In this document: in pieces, positions 26,061 through 61,498 of the stretch
Numbering within the stretch: the stretch's first letter is position 1
Layout: the number at the start of each line of letters is the position of its first letter
Source: Amoebidium appalachense
Taxonomy: Eukaryota > Protista > Ichthyosporea
DNA: 64,000 bases
Direction of reading: 5' to 3'
NCBI GenBank assembly: GCA_963693365.1
Contig: CAVNZM010000016.1
Location: forward strand, 4,831,149 to 4,895,148
Made by a program: the position numbers and the translations under genes
The notes under the pieces: model-generated
Told to the model about the DNA's origin: nothing
Seen by the model: the letters and a program-made list of their open reading frames with translations, nothing else
The model's database searches: none

Positions 26061-26983
26061 TTAGTGCTGTGCAGAGTCTGATGTCAGTTTCTTTAACCTA
26101 TCCATCACCCCTCCCCTTTGCGCCTGGGGTGACAGCGGGCTCACGCCTCCTGACTGCGACCCGGCCGCCCTTAAAGACGGGGGTGAAGACGGCGGGGTAC
26201 TCATAGGACTCTTTAAAGAGCCCGCATTACTCATACCCGACGTGCTTCCCGCAGCGCTAAATTTGGAATGGACTCTAGGGGAATTTGATGGAGAACTATT
26301 TGGTGATCCCTCAGTTTGCCCCCCTGATGAAGAAGCGATAGTTTTCGCCCACCTCTCCCCGAGACTAGAAGCGCGTGATCGCCTTTTTTCGTCGGGGGAT
26401 TTTGGCGTGGTGGAAGGGACGTCCCCCCCCCAGGGAAAAATCCTGGTGTGGGTGCGACAGGTCTGGAAGGTAGCTGGGTTGCACTGTGGTGGTCGGAGGG
26501 AGATAGACCGAGTTGCCGTTGGAGAATTGTGGTTGTTCCTTGTGTTATCTCAATGTCTTCCTGCAGGGTGATGTTGTTTTTATCAGTATGGGTTGTGAGA
26601 AGAAGGAAGAGGGAGGGAGCGGGTGGTGTGTGTGTGGATGTGTGTTTGCTTCAGGGTCTTAAAGCATACACACTCTCTCTCTTGCCCTCACAGGAGACTC
26701 GACGTGCGTGTGTGTGTGTGTATGTACGCGCGCGCGTGTGCATGTGCACGTGGGTCCGTACGAGCAGGGGGTTTGCAGCAGTAAGAAAGAGAGAGAGAGC
26801 GAGAGGGGGGGGGGGGGGGGGGGGAGGGGGAGGGGGGGGGGGGAGGAGGGGGGGGGGGGTGCGGCGGCGAAAGAGAGTGAGAGACAGACGAAGGAAGACT
26901 GCGAGCGAGGAGGGGGGAGGGGACGGGGAGGGGGCGAGAGAGAGAGGTAGATAGGTAGACAGAGAGAGAGGGTGAGGGAAGCA

Positions 26984-27015
<32 letters not shown>

Positions 27016-29397
27016 CTCGAGAGAGAGAAGAAGCTAGAGAACTTCGGACAGAGAGGCAGAGACAGAAGGGTAGAAAGGGAGAGTGTCAGAATATTGTGAT
27101 CGTTGATAGAGATAGGCCGTACCTGTAATTCCTTGATTCTTGTCTTTGCATCGTTTGCCTGGTGCTGCAAATCTGCCAGCCGGCCGTTGATCTCGTTGAG
27201 TCGGTCCTGAAGGTAGGCCATGCGACGTGTGTTGTTGTTGCTGCAGTTAAAGTGCAGAGTTAGTGAAATAGGCCTTGAAGACATTGTCGATATGTCTAGC
27301 TGTTTTCTTTATATGGCAAATACAGGATGTCTGAAAAAGGATATAGCAACACAATCGTATCCACCACGGATAAAACAATAAAATTGCATTAAGAGACCAT
27401 TATTATCAAGGATATGCATCACTGAGTAGAGCCCAACCTCAGGGGAGGCCCAAGCCAAACACAGCTTCCGAGTTTTAATCCATTTACCTCGCTTGCAAAA
27501 CTCAACTTCGGGTAAGAACACATTACAGAGTACCAAGTACGCATTTACGACAGGCAACATAACACAGAATCTGCAGACCACATATCAAGCGTCATAAGCA
27601 TAGCCCATCCTCAGCGCGGGCTTAAATCATTTATGGGATATGGGGGAGGTGAGAAGGGGGAGGTGGGGGGGGGGAGGGGTCAGAATGTGTTTGAAACACT
27701 TTGACGGACTTCACAACACTGGTCTTGCTGGGCCGCCGGGGGGAGGGGGGGGGGGGGGGGAAGGGAAGGGGGGAGGGAGGGAGGGAGGAGAGTCACATAC
27801 TCTTTAGCCATATTTAGGTCGCTCTGTAAATTCTTCCTTGATATCTCCTCGGCACGAAGCATAGCAATGGTACCCTCGCTCATTTTAATCTCCTTTTGGT
27901 AGTCTGCTTCGAGCTCCGCAAGAAACTTGCTGCTCAAGTCAAGCATTTCTTGTCTTTCATTTTCGTTGAGCGGACCAATCCGATCGTCCGGTGCAACCGC
28001 ACCTTCCTATTTAGGAAATTTAGGAGATTGTGGATGGAGAAAGGAGAAGATGGAAAGGACAGGTGGTTGTGGTGTTTGTGTGAGTGTGTGGGGAGGGGGG
28101 GGGAGGGGGGGAGACGGGAGGGTGTGTGTGTGTGGTGTGTGGTGTGTGTGTGTGTGTGTGTGTGTGTGTCTGTGTGTGTCTCTCTCTCTCTGTGTGTGTG
28201 TGTTTGTGTTGAGGGGATGGGGGATGAGGGAGCGAGGGTAGGAGTAGGGGAAAGGAGGGAGGGAAGGAGGGAAATGAGAGGTTAACATACCAGGCTGTGT
28301 GGTGAAAGAAGTAAAAGCCTTGATTTGGGGCGGGAGGTACATCAACAGTACACAAAAACAAAAAGGAAAACTGTGTGCAACATAAGGCAGTCCTGAAAGA
28401 GGCACTCTCCGGGGGGAGAAGGGGGGAGGGGGGCGGGGGGGAGGGGTTCCTATACCGCACACAGTATGAAGCACAAACTATACATAATAAAGAACACAGT
28501 GCTTGATAAAATAAAGAAAAAAAAGGACCCAAAAGAGCATGCAGCCTATGCAGAACCCGGAAGTGTTAGTGTGGATGGTATGTAAGTGCATGTATATGTG
28601 TGTATGTGTGTGTTTGGGGGACGAGGGAGGGTGGGGGGAGTGGGGGGTGGGTTGGGCGGTGGGGAGGGGGGAGGTTTGAATGCGGAACACGGTACGAAGT
28701 ACACATACACGATGAGAAGCATGGTGCAGGCCACATGCAAAGGCAAACATTCAAGTATGCAACATCAGCAATGAGCACAGTATGCGTCATAAGCAGAGCC
28801 CATCCTCAGGGAGGGCCCAAGTCATCAATTGCGTCTGAGTTTCGACCCTTTAGCCCCGTGCATATGGGGGGGGGGGGAGGGGAGGGGGGGGGGGGGGGGG
28901 GGGAAGGGGGGGGGGTGAAGCTGAACAGGGTCAGAGAAAACATGCGAGGTTCAGGGAGACGCAACGTAGCGCGGGCGCTTTTATGCAAATTCTCCTCGAC
29001 TAATACCGTTTTATTCACCATTGCCGTGACCACTTATATTTACCCAAAAAAAAAAAACGGACCGGGGTCGGGAAACGAGGTAAGTTTGTGTGTACATACA
29101 GGCACGTGTATTCTGGGTCTATATGCCTTGTGCGGGTATGAGAGGAAGGGAGGGGTGGGGTGGGGGGCGGAGGAGGGAGGGGGGCGGAGGGGAGGGGGGA
29201 AGGGGGGAAGGGGGCAGGGGAGGGAGGGGAGGAGGGGGGCAACTGAGGAAATGGGGGTCTCAGGGGGGGGGGGGACAGAGGGGAGAAGAGAGACGCAAAT
29301 GGAATCCAGTGCATACTTGCTGAAGGTTGATAAGGTGAGCTGGGAAGGGGAACGGGGCCGGGGAGTGGTGGGGGGAGGGGGGGGGGGGGGGGGGGGG

Positions 29398-29436
<39 letters not shown>

Positions 29437-29606
29437 GGTGATGGTTGCGGTTATAGTGTCGTGGCCCAAAACACATACTGTGCTACTCTATTGTGTGCGT
29501 GTCGGGGTGTGTGCTGTAAAACGCAGAGCGAAAAGAGAAAAACGAGTTGCCCTATCCTCTGTACCCGATTCAAAACGCCAATAAAAGCAGTCACATGGAG
29601 TATGCA

Positions 29607-29659
<53 letters not shown>

Positions 29660-29746
29660 GACATGCACATCACCGAGGAAACGGGAGTTTCCAAGTCAGA
29701 TATGCTCAAAACACATACGGTTGCTATTCCTTCCCAACTCCCTCCA

Positions 29747-29800
<54 letters not shown>

Positions 29801-31038
29801 CCCCCTCCCCCTCCGCCTCCATTCTCACAATCGCACCTTCAATCTCCCATTTCCTTATCCTTTGCCCCCTCCCCCCCCCAAAACCCCCACCTCCCTCTTC
29901 CCCCTTTTCTTTTCACATCCCGTATGCCATTTCCACCTATCCATTACTAGGTGTAACCTGTGGCCCATCAGTGCCATCACCCATTGTGACTTTCACCCAT
30001 ATTGCAGCTCCCTTGTTATGCATCATGATCAAATATCAGCTCTAGCAGTCGCGTGGAAAAAATCTAGTATGCTCCACACTCCTGTCCCCCCCCCCCCCCC
30101 CCGCCACCCCCAAACGGCACACACATACACACCCTTGCCGCTCTTCTCAATGCCCCCCCCCCCCCCCCCCCCCCTCCCGACAACACCGTGGCACACACAC
30201 AGACACACACACAACACACGTACACCCACAGTTGCCTTCGAAGCTGCTCCTGCCCCACTCTGCATCTAGTTCCCCCTAACCCTACCTATGTAACCATCTC
30301 CAACAATCTCCCCCCCCCCCCCCCCCCCCCCCTCTCCCCGGAAATTCAAGTTCAATATTATCCATTATTCCCAACTCGACACATGAAAACTCCAAAACCA
30401 CAGTCACTCATCACATAAAAACACTTAACACTTACATGTACGTGTTCGCCCGAATACTGCGAAGAAGACGAAGTCCGTGTAAGCGTCGACAACCTCTTCC
30501 GAAGCGTCTCCGCGTGAACCGGATCGCCGCGATCCATATCATCCGGGGCTTCCACCAACTGCCCCCTTAACCCATTCGACGATTTCTTCCCCAACGTCCC
30601 ACGATAGAAATTCGTTACCACGTTGGTTATCCCCCCACCGCTGCTTGCGGGGGTCGGGGCCTGCGATTGCATGGTATTGCTTTGTCCTACAGAGGGCGAC
30701 CTTAGACCCCTTCCCCCTATACCCTCCGGGTGGGGTAAGCCATTGGTGGGAATTATGCCAGAGGAAACTTCCTGCGCGCTGCATTGGTGCAACGTGTTGT
30801 GGCGCCCCCCAAACGGGCTGCCAATCACATTCGACTGGCTGGTCCCGGGGGATTTGCTTGGATCTGATTGAATGGAAGTCATATGGGATTGCGAATCTGC
30901 CGATGTTGATGATGATAGAGAGGTTCGTCGGTTCGTCGGGGGTGTCTTTGACCGGGAATCCGTTCTGCCGAAACCTAGAGTTGCAGTGCTTCCGCTCTTG
31001 CGAAAGAACCCCCCGGCGCTCAACGAGTTGTCACTCAT
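26061..31038 (-). CDS. S/P-rich protein with a central HR1-like coiled coil; one apparent frameshift in a G9 run
   Basis: Exons 31038-30436, 28006-27801, 27240-27123 and 26560-26061 join in phase. LEADYQKEIKMSEGTIAMLRA...LQDRLNEINGRL resembles the HR1/REM-1 pattern (E.Kik.Gaenml.a). The S/P-rich C-terminus ending at TAA 26063-26061 needs the G run at 26423-26431 to be 10 or 7 long instead of 9. Confidence 0.72.
27340..27620 (-). repeat. Two divergent tandem copies of the intronic repeat family
   Basis: GAGTAGAGCCCAACCTCAGGG at about 27425-27445. GTACCAAGTAC...CATAAGCATAGCCCATCCTCAG at about 27530-27614. Confidence 0.7.
28448..28860 (-). repeat. Intronic repeat family: one divergent copy and one subfamily B copy
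   Basis: 28675-28860 is near-identical to 11567-11750. 28448-28560 retains CGCACACAGTATGAAGCAC...TATGCAGAACCC. Confidence 0.8.
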
Positions 31039-31136
31039 TTTCGCTGGTAAAAAAACCCGAATTTCGCCGTTATACGGTAGTGTTTCAGAATTTCAATATA
31101 CGGTTCTGTGTCTAGATCTTGGAGTCGCTCCACCAT
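31035..31136 (-). other. Upstream ORF (33 aa) or terminal exon whose stop overlaps the next ATG (ATGA)
   Basis: MVERLQDLDTEPYIEILKHYRITAKFGFFYQRK* ends at TGA 31037-31035, overlapping ATG 31038-31036. The frame is open from the acceptor TTTCTGCAG at 31146. Confidence 0.5.
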
Positions 31137-31311
31137 AGAACCCCCCTGCAGAAACAAAAAAAGCACCAGTGAATCACCTAGATTTGGCAGTCTTAAAGTC
31201 AGAGACAAGAGATTGGGTTTAAGTCCGACCTAAGCAAGGTATTTCTTTTATTTTCTTTTCTTCTTAAAGTTTCTTTTTTCTTTCTTGCTTTCTTTCTTTC
31301 TTTCTTTTCCT

Positions 31312-31370
<59 letters not shown>

Positions 31371-31461
31371 GGGGGGGAATGGTTCACAGGGTACGAAATA
31401 CACATTCTTGACGGAGAACACGATGCAAATTTTGTAAAGCACTGGCACACAAACACGCATC

Positions 31462-31562
<101 letters not shown>

Positions 31563-31571
31563 TGTATGTGT

Positions 31572-31603
<32 letters not shown>

Positions 31604-34600
31604 TGGGGGAGAGGGGAAGACTGGCCGTTATTTCAGAGAAGAATATTAATACACTCCCAGAAAGCAGTATTGCTTGAGAGGTAGGAGTAAGAGCAAGTTT
31701 TGATGCATGCAACTTTTGCACACGTAAGCGCAAACGGCTTCACAAGCAGGCACAGGTCATTTACCCCCCCCCCCCCCCCCCCCCCCCCCCCCTTCGAGTT
31801 AGCAAACTGACGATTATTGATTGATTCTTATCATAGGGCCATCCGCTTTTTTTTTTTAATATCTAAGTTTCAGAATCGGGAGTGATCATTTACAAGGCCT
31901 GGTTAAAGAAACAAGTACATGCGGTCAGCCTGCAGGTAGGCATGTATGCATTGGCTTATTCCTATTAGCCAGCACTTGCACGCTTTGTGTTCGGTTGTGT
32001 GGGTGTGGGTGTGTGGTGTTTTTTCAAAGTTTTTTTTTTTTTTTTGTCGAGGGGGAAGGGGGTCGGAGGGAGGGGGGGGGGGGGAGGGGGGGGGTCGGTG
32101 AGCATGCATGTATTTGCACGTACAGAAGGGCGCTAGGTCATGAAATTTTATGTACGTGTATAGATGTACGTCACGTTTGTGTTTGTGTTTGCAGTCGTTT
32201 TTGCTTGTAAAAAGATTTGTTTTCTGCCTGTGCCATAATGCAAGTATCCTGAGTACGTTTTCTATTATCAAGCATGTATCTACATCATTGAGAGTAGACT
32301 TTGACCGGCCCGGCCCAAGCCTTGCATGCAACAGCTTAAAAACTGTGGGATATTACATGTCCGACTGCCTGTGCATATTTATGATGATAACTAGCCTAGT
32401 GTTTGTTGGTTTTTGTGTGTGTTGTGCTTGCCCAGATCCCTGCATGTGTTGCTGAGCGTGTGTGTGAGTGCCTATTTGTATTAACAGTTTGTGAGAGCGT
32501 GCAACCTCAGTGCAGGTATGTATACACCAGGGTGTGCGTTTAGATCTGCAGCAAAACCACTAATGCGATCCATACATTGTTTTTAGTTTTATGCTTTTGA
32601 CGCTTTAGTAAGCCGATGCTACACGGTTCCACGTGCATGCACTTGTGTAGAGGAAAAGCACAATCATCGAGTGAAGGCACACGATCTTGGAACCTGTTAG
32701 AAACACAGTTATGTATGGAGATTGCTCGACGTAAAGCCTTTTATCATGGCTTATTTAGGGCATCCTGGTCACCCAAGATCTAGATGTGTGTTCTGAAAGA
32801 CCATACGATATTTTTGCTTCGATGGAAATCACTGGAAGCCCATTTAGTGACCCCCCCCAAAAAAACGGAAGCCGTTCATAACACAATTTCCTACGAGGGT
32901 TCACGATTGTGCAAAGGAAGGTGAACGAAGATAGAAACATACCTTTCATAGCATTGGGCTATGCCGAAAACGAATCTGGTTGTCGATAGTGAGCTACGAG
33001 TTTCCTTCAAGCTTTGATGAGCCCGTGTGCCAATCACCTTAATTCAACACAAAAAGGAAAACCCCGATGTGCTTACAACAGCAAGGTTAAAACTCAATAA
33101 CGATAATTTGTCACTGCTTTAAAGTTCGTGGTCCAAAAACGAGAGTTCTTCAAACAGCTGATTACCTGGTTGCGAAAGCCCAACACTATGTCACTAGATC
33201 TCGCGCGTGGCAGCTTATTTATGTAGTTAAAATGGGTACTGCATTCCACATTGTTGGCAACAGGTATGTTTTTGACTATAGAAATCGCCCATCAGCCGTT
33301 AGAAATCGGCCTTACGTTAGGAATCGTTGTGCACTCAAGCAAGTAGGTATGTGTATGTATGGGTCCGTTAGGGTGGACGGTGAGATGTAGCTAGATGTAG
33401 CTATGGCGGGAGGAGGCAGCAATGCTAACCGTCATTAGCAAAATAAATAAATAATTTAGGATGAAACATATGTTTATAACTGCAGTTTATTCAATGCTCA
33501 TTTACAGTAGTAAATAAGAATCATAAGATGTACCTAAAGTTTCCGTTTCTAAATTTTGTTTTGATATGATTTTCGTTCAGGCAGCAAGTTCGGCTGGGAT
33601 TCCAAAGCCGGTGCGTAGTAAGCCAATCGTCAGCTCTCAGCATAATGACGCTTTTATGCACATGACATTAAACCATAGGTGTCCTCTAAAGCTTTGCATA
33701 TTTTATGCTTATGATTTAACTGATAAGTAAACTTGTTGATTGGTTTAATTAGCAGCAGACCGTTAAGCTGAAGTGGCGTCGCCAGTTTGTTCAGTTTGGA
33801 GCAGCGGACAGCGGACAGGAGTGAGGACTCAGCAGCAGCTGGCAACATGTTGATGGTCGGCAGCGGTGGTGAGGCGGTTTTGAAGTTGCGAGCGTACGAC
33901 CCCTGCATGCAGTGCATAATTTTTTGTAAAAAACAACAAAGTGAGATGAGGATGGGCGAGGCAGCACATGCATGCACCCCTAGCTCTAGGCCTTCACCGG
34001 GCGGGGCCATCACATTCCCATTAAAAAAAATCTCAGGCTGCTGAATAAAATACACCATGTATAGAGCTGTTCACTGACGCTTTCGAGCTCACACGGGGTA
34101 CGCATGTATGCTAAGTTAAGAAAAACCACAGCCTTGTAGCAAATATTGTGCTGCTCTACTGAGATCTCCGCATCGACTGCAGTTGCGCGCATGCGCAGCA
34201 CTAATATATTAGCGGGTTAACTCATTAATATCCCTAACTGTGCGTACATACATGCACGTCACTACAAAAATTTAATGTTGTCCATTTTATGTACGTCTCT
34301 TGTGCGTCCGCTGGGACAAGAGTTCGTGACTCGTGCCACCCCAAGGCTCCGCGGTCGGCAAGCTTAGCCGTATTTGTGCAAAATCTGGGATTTTTGACAC
34401 CCTTTACGGTCGTTTTTACTAGCATTTCCTTGTGCTTTTCACAAACACAAGGTTTTTTTGCAATTCAAACCCTAAGCGGCGGGCGGGTGAGTTTTGCCGC
34501 CAAAAGCAATCGAACCTTTTTAGGAAGGTGTTTGCACGGCTCACTGAGAGGACTGTATGTTTGATTGACTTCTTTCTTGGTTTGTTTTGTTTTGTAGGGC

Positions 34601-34908
34601 CCGGATCCTTGGGTACTTACAGTCCCTTTTCTCCCTAAATGTAAGCTGAGGCATGGTACTTGTATAATAACTTAAGGAAAGGCTAATATATTCCACACCA
34701 AGATAGAATAGAATATACAGTCGCGGCCAGTAACCAGGACACAGCGCACACTAAGTACATACAAGAAATCCCGCCACTCGGTTTGTAGCACGTTTGGGAA
34801 CACTGATACCGTCTTTCTCCAAGGTAAATTGCCGATTTTCTGAGGACGATGCGCTTTAGTAGTTTTTCCGTGTTTTTAGCTGCACGGTGGTAGAGAGAGA
34901 GGGGGAAA

Positions 34909-34948
<40 letters not shown>

Positions 34949-35091
34949 GGAGAATTGTCTTTGGGGTTTTTGAGCTCTCCCTCGTGCCGTAACACTCTCG
35001 GTATCAAGTAACAGGCGTAACTCCTCTTTACTTCTAACACCTCTGGCTTTCATTGCATACTTCTGTTGTCACGGTCACAGGATGCTCTTGA

Positions 35092-35133
<42 letters not shown>

Positions 35134-36088
35134 TTCCGCCCCCCCGCCTTCCACCCCCCACCCCCACATACAAACACGCGTGCATGCACACACACTCGCA
35201 CATGATACTGACACACAAAAGCATGCACAGGCATAGTTGCTTATGAGAAAATACGCATACACGCGCATCCATAATCATTTTTGCCAGAAAGGACACAGGC
35301 ACGTCCATCTACCACTCAAGCATACGGCACAAACACTTACGGAAACACACACACCCACACACGCACGCGCTTGCACTCACGCACACACGCACTCACACAA
35401 ACACGCACGTTCCGAGACTGGTGTTACGTAGTAATGTCGACGTGCAGCCGTGCACATTCTCAAGCACAAGCGTGTCTGTCAGTGTTGCATTAGTAATGTT
35501 TACATCTCCTCTCTCACAGCTGCTCTTGCTCATTTTCTGCACACATATTGCGTTTTCCCTACACGCCCCACGCCACTTTGTGTGGAGCTCCCTTTCCCGC
35601 CTTGTCTGTGTGTTCTATGTGCTTGCCTTGTTCCCTTTGTCCAAAGACTGCAGGTTTGAAACTTCTCTCCTTCAATATGTGTTTGTGTTGTTTTTTTGTT
35701 GCTTCACTCTGTCTCTCGTCTCTCCCACCTCCCCCTTCCTCCCCCCCCCCCCCCCCTCCCCTCCGTCTCCCCCCCCCCCCCCCCCCCCCCCCCCCCCTTT
35801 GCGCACACAAGAAGGGGGGGGGAAATCAGGGAAGGGAAAAGAAAAAAAGAAAGAAAGCAAAAAAAAGGTTAGGCAGACGCTGTTCCATATTTGGGATGAA
35901 CATGATATAAGAAACAAAGATACCTAAAAGCGGGAGCAGAGCCGAGAAGGGGTTTTTAGTACTTTTTTTTTTTTTAAATGAGAGGGCACCTATCCCTCTT
36001 GCACGAGCTTGGGGTCATTGCCCCCATCCCTCATCCTCACATCACATGCCCACTCATCAACCTCCCCTCTGCTTCTGAACAGGGCACC

Positions 36089-43096
<7,008 letters not shown>

Positions 43097-43139
43097 CCCC
43101 CCCCCCCCCCCCCCCCCCCCCTCATTACTCATTCCTCGG

Positions 43140-43174
<35 letters not shown>

Positions 43175-43212
43175 AAATGGGAGGGGGCGGTCCTTGGTGA
43201 TTGTAGACAGCA

Positions 43213-43261
<49 letters not shown>

Positions 43262-43825
43262 CCCCCACCCCCTCTCAATCTCTTCCTTTCTCACCCTCAA
43301 CCTCCTCTTCCCCCTCCCCCCCCCCCCCTCCTTTTTTTTTTTCCAGTGCAGCTTCTCTCCCACATACTTGTTTACGGATTCGCTCGCTTGTGCATGGCGA
43401 TAGGATGTTGTATGAATGTACGTGATGTATTATGGCGTTTATTGGTTTAAATTTTAAAACCTTCTACACAGCCCATCTTTCTTTTTACTTATATTGGTTC
43501 TGCACAGAAACTGCACAGAAAGGCCATGAAATCTCTAATTACTTGATTTAGTTCAATAAAGGACCTATATTTGCGATTTTGCGATACTTTAATCGGTTTC
43601 GTGCTATGTTTTTTCTCCTTTTTTCGTTGTATGTTACCAATATTTTCTTTTGTTGTTGGTGATGTATTTTTATATATAATTATTTGTATCCATACCATTT
43701 CTTTCGGAAGTTTGACCCTGGCAGATAACCGGATTACGAAAGGTCGAAAATAAAGCAGTTGATGAAATTTGTGTTTGAATCCGTGTGCTCAGAGCAGTGC
43801 TTTCTCATTCACCCTCTTCCCCCCC

Positions 43826-43856
<31 letters not shown>

Positions 43857-43959
43857 ACCATCAGAGCACACATGCGCGCGCACACACACACACACAAACT
43901 CACACACAAGCCTGTGGGCGCGCCACGTGCACACGCACACACACACGAGCACACGCGCG

Positions 43960-43994
<35 letters not shown>

Positions 43995-44454
43995 CAACGA
44001 CTACCACAACAACGACCCCACTACAGCCAACACCCCTCTTCCCCACACCTCACATACACACGCACTAAGAACCCCCCCCCCCCCCCCCCCGGAAAAAGGA
44101 GGGAAATGCAGTGATTAAAGGTTCAACACAACATACACGCGCCCTCTTTCCCATGCGAATACACCGGGCACATCCGAAATACACACACACACGATATACC
44201 CACACACACATCAGCTCACCTAGTTACAGAACACACACTTGCATGGTCAAACCATTATACGCGCCATCTAAACAGGCACACATACACACCAGCATGTATC
44301 ATTTATTCGTTTGTTGTCTTTATGAAGGGAGGTTGCCGTTTATTCTCATTTGCATGACAACTGCGCCACACATGCACATGCACACACACACACACACACA
44401 ACACATACACAAAACACAAACTTGCACATGGACATACACACGCACACACACACA

Positions 44455-58217
<13,763 letters not shown>

Positions 58218-58635
58218 TTGCAAAAGAAGAGAGAGCGGGAGGAAAAAGTCCTGCATGTTTCCTTTATCGTTTCCTGTTTTGCAGACAGGGAAGATGGCTA
58301 TGTTCAAGTTACCACTTTCCTAGAAACCGTGCCGAAAGGCTAGGGAAAAGAGCAAAAGAGCGACCAGGGGGAGGGGGGGGGGGGGGGGGGGGGGGGAGCG
58401 GGCTAATGTAGCAGACTAGACCTTTTGTGTGTAAATGGATGAAAAACGTCACAACGGTATTCGTATGTAATAATGTTCGAAACGTAAGAAGAATGGACTT
58501 GGCCGGTTGTAGGGAAAAGTTTAGGACTGAAAGTATGTCGGGTTGTATGTTTGCTTATAGTCGATTCTGGGAGTTAATTCTCTTTCTTTCTTCCTTTTCT
58601 TTTTTTCCCCCCCAATGTCCCACACACGCGTCACC

Positions 58636-58699
<64 letters not shown>

Positions 58700-58700
58700 A

Positions 58701-58734
<34 letters not shown>

Positions 58735-59269
58735 AGGCTCTTTTTGGTCGGCCAGGACTATGGGCATCGTGTTGGGAAAGACATTGTTATAGACAATTAT
58801 ATTAGAGAGCTTGTTATAATAAGCATACATGTACGTAAGTATAAATTAATAAGGATGTGTCACTGACATGATAAGTGACTGTGTTGAGATTTGTATTGTT
58901 CGGCATTGTTACAAAGTGTGTGTGTATAATTAATCGCACACGAAATAAAATATTAGATTGCTGATAAGATATCGGGCAGCCTCAGGCTATATGCATGAGC
59001 TGGGAGTCTTTGTTCGGAACCTCGAGCTCACAAATATATACACTGTGCCAAACAAACTTGGTGACGAGCAGATTTAAATTTGGTGATTAGGGGGGCACCG
59101 CTATGGGCTCGAATGATAGCTCTACTGTTGCCCTGCCTCCTTTTTAATTGTCAGAACCGTACGAATAGCAGGCACATTCGAGTTCCCCATCAACATTTGC
59201 AACATTGCATGGGCACCCATACCACGCCACAGCACTGGTTGGATATATATGCATAGGCACATTGGGAAA

Positions 59270-59301
<32 letters not shown>

Positions 59302-59410
59302 GGGGGGGGGGGGAGAGGAGGGGGGGGGGGGGGGGGGAAGGGGGCTCGAGGGGAGGGAGGGGGAGGTGGGAAGGGACAAGTGGCGCGGGTCACTGAGGTG
59401 AGAAGCCTAA

Positions 59411-59443
<33 letters not shown>

Positions 59444-59983
59444 TGATGGCTCAGTTCGAGTCACACGAACACGAACCCTATATAGCTGTCTGTCTAATAT
59501 TAGTTGATCGTTTTATTATGATCTTTTGACATAGTTGCCGTATACTGTAGTACAGTACTTTTTGCTTCTTCGTGACCTAGCCTTATACGAGGCTATCATG
59601 GTGATAATGTCAGTAATACAAAATTACCATGTGACCATGTACATAAACCGTGCAGGTGGTTTCCCCCCTCGAGTTCCCCGAAAACAGTTACGGTATATAC
59701 TGGGGGCGAGCCATGTTGACCTGACTGAGAAAATGAGTGGAACTTAACGTATGTACATAATTTTGACTTGTTAATTACCGTTAGTTTTCAATTCGTTTGT
59801 TATAAAAAGGGACCTGACAGGACTGCTTACGTAGCACGAATAGGATTATAATTGTGCCCAGGTGACAATTCGCTGATGACTTAGCTACTGCAAAACGAGG
59901 CAGGTTAACGTTGGGGCAAGCCTGGGGGGAGCAAACCCACGCGGCCGGCACGTATAAAACCTAAAATCTGCTGTCACATCTGT

Positions 59984-60115
59984 TCAGCTGCACTGTCTCT
60001 CTGCTCTCTGCATCAAAATCTTACATTCTTCTCGTGATGTCCCTTCTCGTGATGTCCCATCTGCTCAGCTGCACTGTCTCTCTGCTCTCTGCATCAAAAT
60101 CTTACATTGTTCTCG
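59984..60115. repeat. Direct duplication of about 52 bp
   Basis: TCAGCTGCACTGTCTCTCTGCTCTCTGCATCAAAATCTTACATT(C/G)TTCTCGT occurs at about 59984 and about 60065. Confidence 0.88.
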
Positions 60116-60123
60116 TAATCCAT

Positions 60124-60159
<36 letters not shown>

Positions 60160-60436
60160 CCTGCCCTTCTTCACTGGGTTTTATTAGTCTGGATACATAA
60201 CTTCGGCTTAAACTCCCACAAAAACATGGTGGCTTTTTGTGCAGCAACCTGAGTCTCAGAGCTACAGCAACTGCATTAATTTTGCAACCTGCACAAGAAG
60301 GTTCACGGTGTACAAAGCATTCGTTATTTTCGTCGGTCTTTGTCCATTAACCGGTGGCACGAAAAGAGCTTCCACATTATGTGCCCAAACACAACACAAA
60401 CACACCGCAAAAAAAAAAAAAGAAAAGAATAAAAAC

Positions 60437-61402
60437 ATGGCCGCGCTCAACGACGAATTCAAAACTGCCACAGCCTCCTTTGAAACACTTCTGGCCAAGA
60501 TTGCAGAAGAAAGACGTTTGCTCGAGGAGAGAGAGACAATCTGGGCCAATATGGAGTCTAACTCGACACCAGCAACCTGGCCGACCCCATCACCCTCAAC
60601 GTAGGAGGCACCCACTTTGCCCTCACCCTCAAGGACCTGACCAACAAGCCGGGCTCCGATTTTCCGCTATGTTTTCGGGCCGGTGGGATGCAAAAGTGGA
60701 CAAAAACGGAGCATTTTTCATCAACAGAAGCCCGCTGGTGTTTCATTATGTGGCTGATCACCTTAGGGGGCGGGATATCCCTGTGAACCTACTACCACCC
60801 ATCGAAAGGAGGCTTCTTGGTGATGACGCGGAGTTTTATCGTTTGGATTGGCTGAGTGAAGAACTGAACCCCAAACACGTTGACGTCATTGGAGAGGTCA
60901 GGTTTATGGCCAACATGACACCACAACACGTCACCCTATCGAGTGACGGTCGCAAAGCAACTAAAACCAGCGGTGAAGAAGGCTTTAATACCATCGTTGT
61001 GGGTTCCGTAATGGCTTGGCCTGACCTTGGTTTTTCGGAGGTTTGTGTCAAGTTTATATCTCCAACTTACGTGAGAGACTGTTCGATGATTGGGTTGGCT
61101 CCCTCACAGGCAATTATTGCAGCGGCTGCATCTGGAACTGCCACATACACCACGTGTGGGTGGTATGTGCACACAGGCAAAGGTTGTCTTTATGGTCTGA
61201 ACGGGACCTCGGGTAGAATGTACATGAACAATACAGCGCCCAGCGGGGCCAGGTGAGCATTCGTCTGCACCGTGGCGGGACGGTGTCGTTTGTAGTCAAT
61301 GGAACTGACTATGGGACGGCATGCACTGTTCCTACCGGCCAGCAGTACCGAGTGGCTGTTGTGCCTTACCATGTCGCCACCAGTATGGAGTTGCTCGAGT
61401 AG
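60437..61402 (+). pseudogene. Intronless coiled-coil + BTB/POZ (KCTD/T1-type) + SPRY-like gene with three frameshifts
   Basis: Segments MAALNDEF...NMES / LDTSNLADPITLNVGGTHFALTLKDLTNKPGS / FSAMFSGRWDAKVDKNGAFFINRSPLVFHYVADHLRG...IGLAP...GWY / VSIRLHRGGTVSFVVNGTDYGTA...MELLE*. Each junction (about 60560, 60658, 61251) is one base short. Sequencing error cannot be excluded. Confidence 0.8.
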
Positions 61403-61461
61403 ATGAAACACCAGGAAGTATGTTTCTTCTTTTATTTATTTTTTGTGGTCCCCCCCCCCCC

Positions 61462-61498
<37 letters not shown>

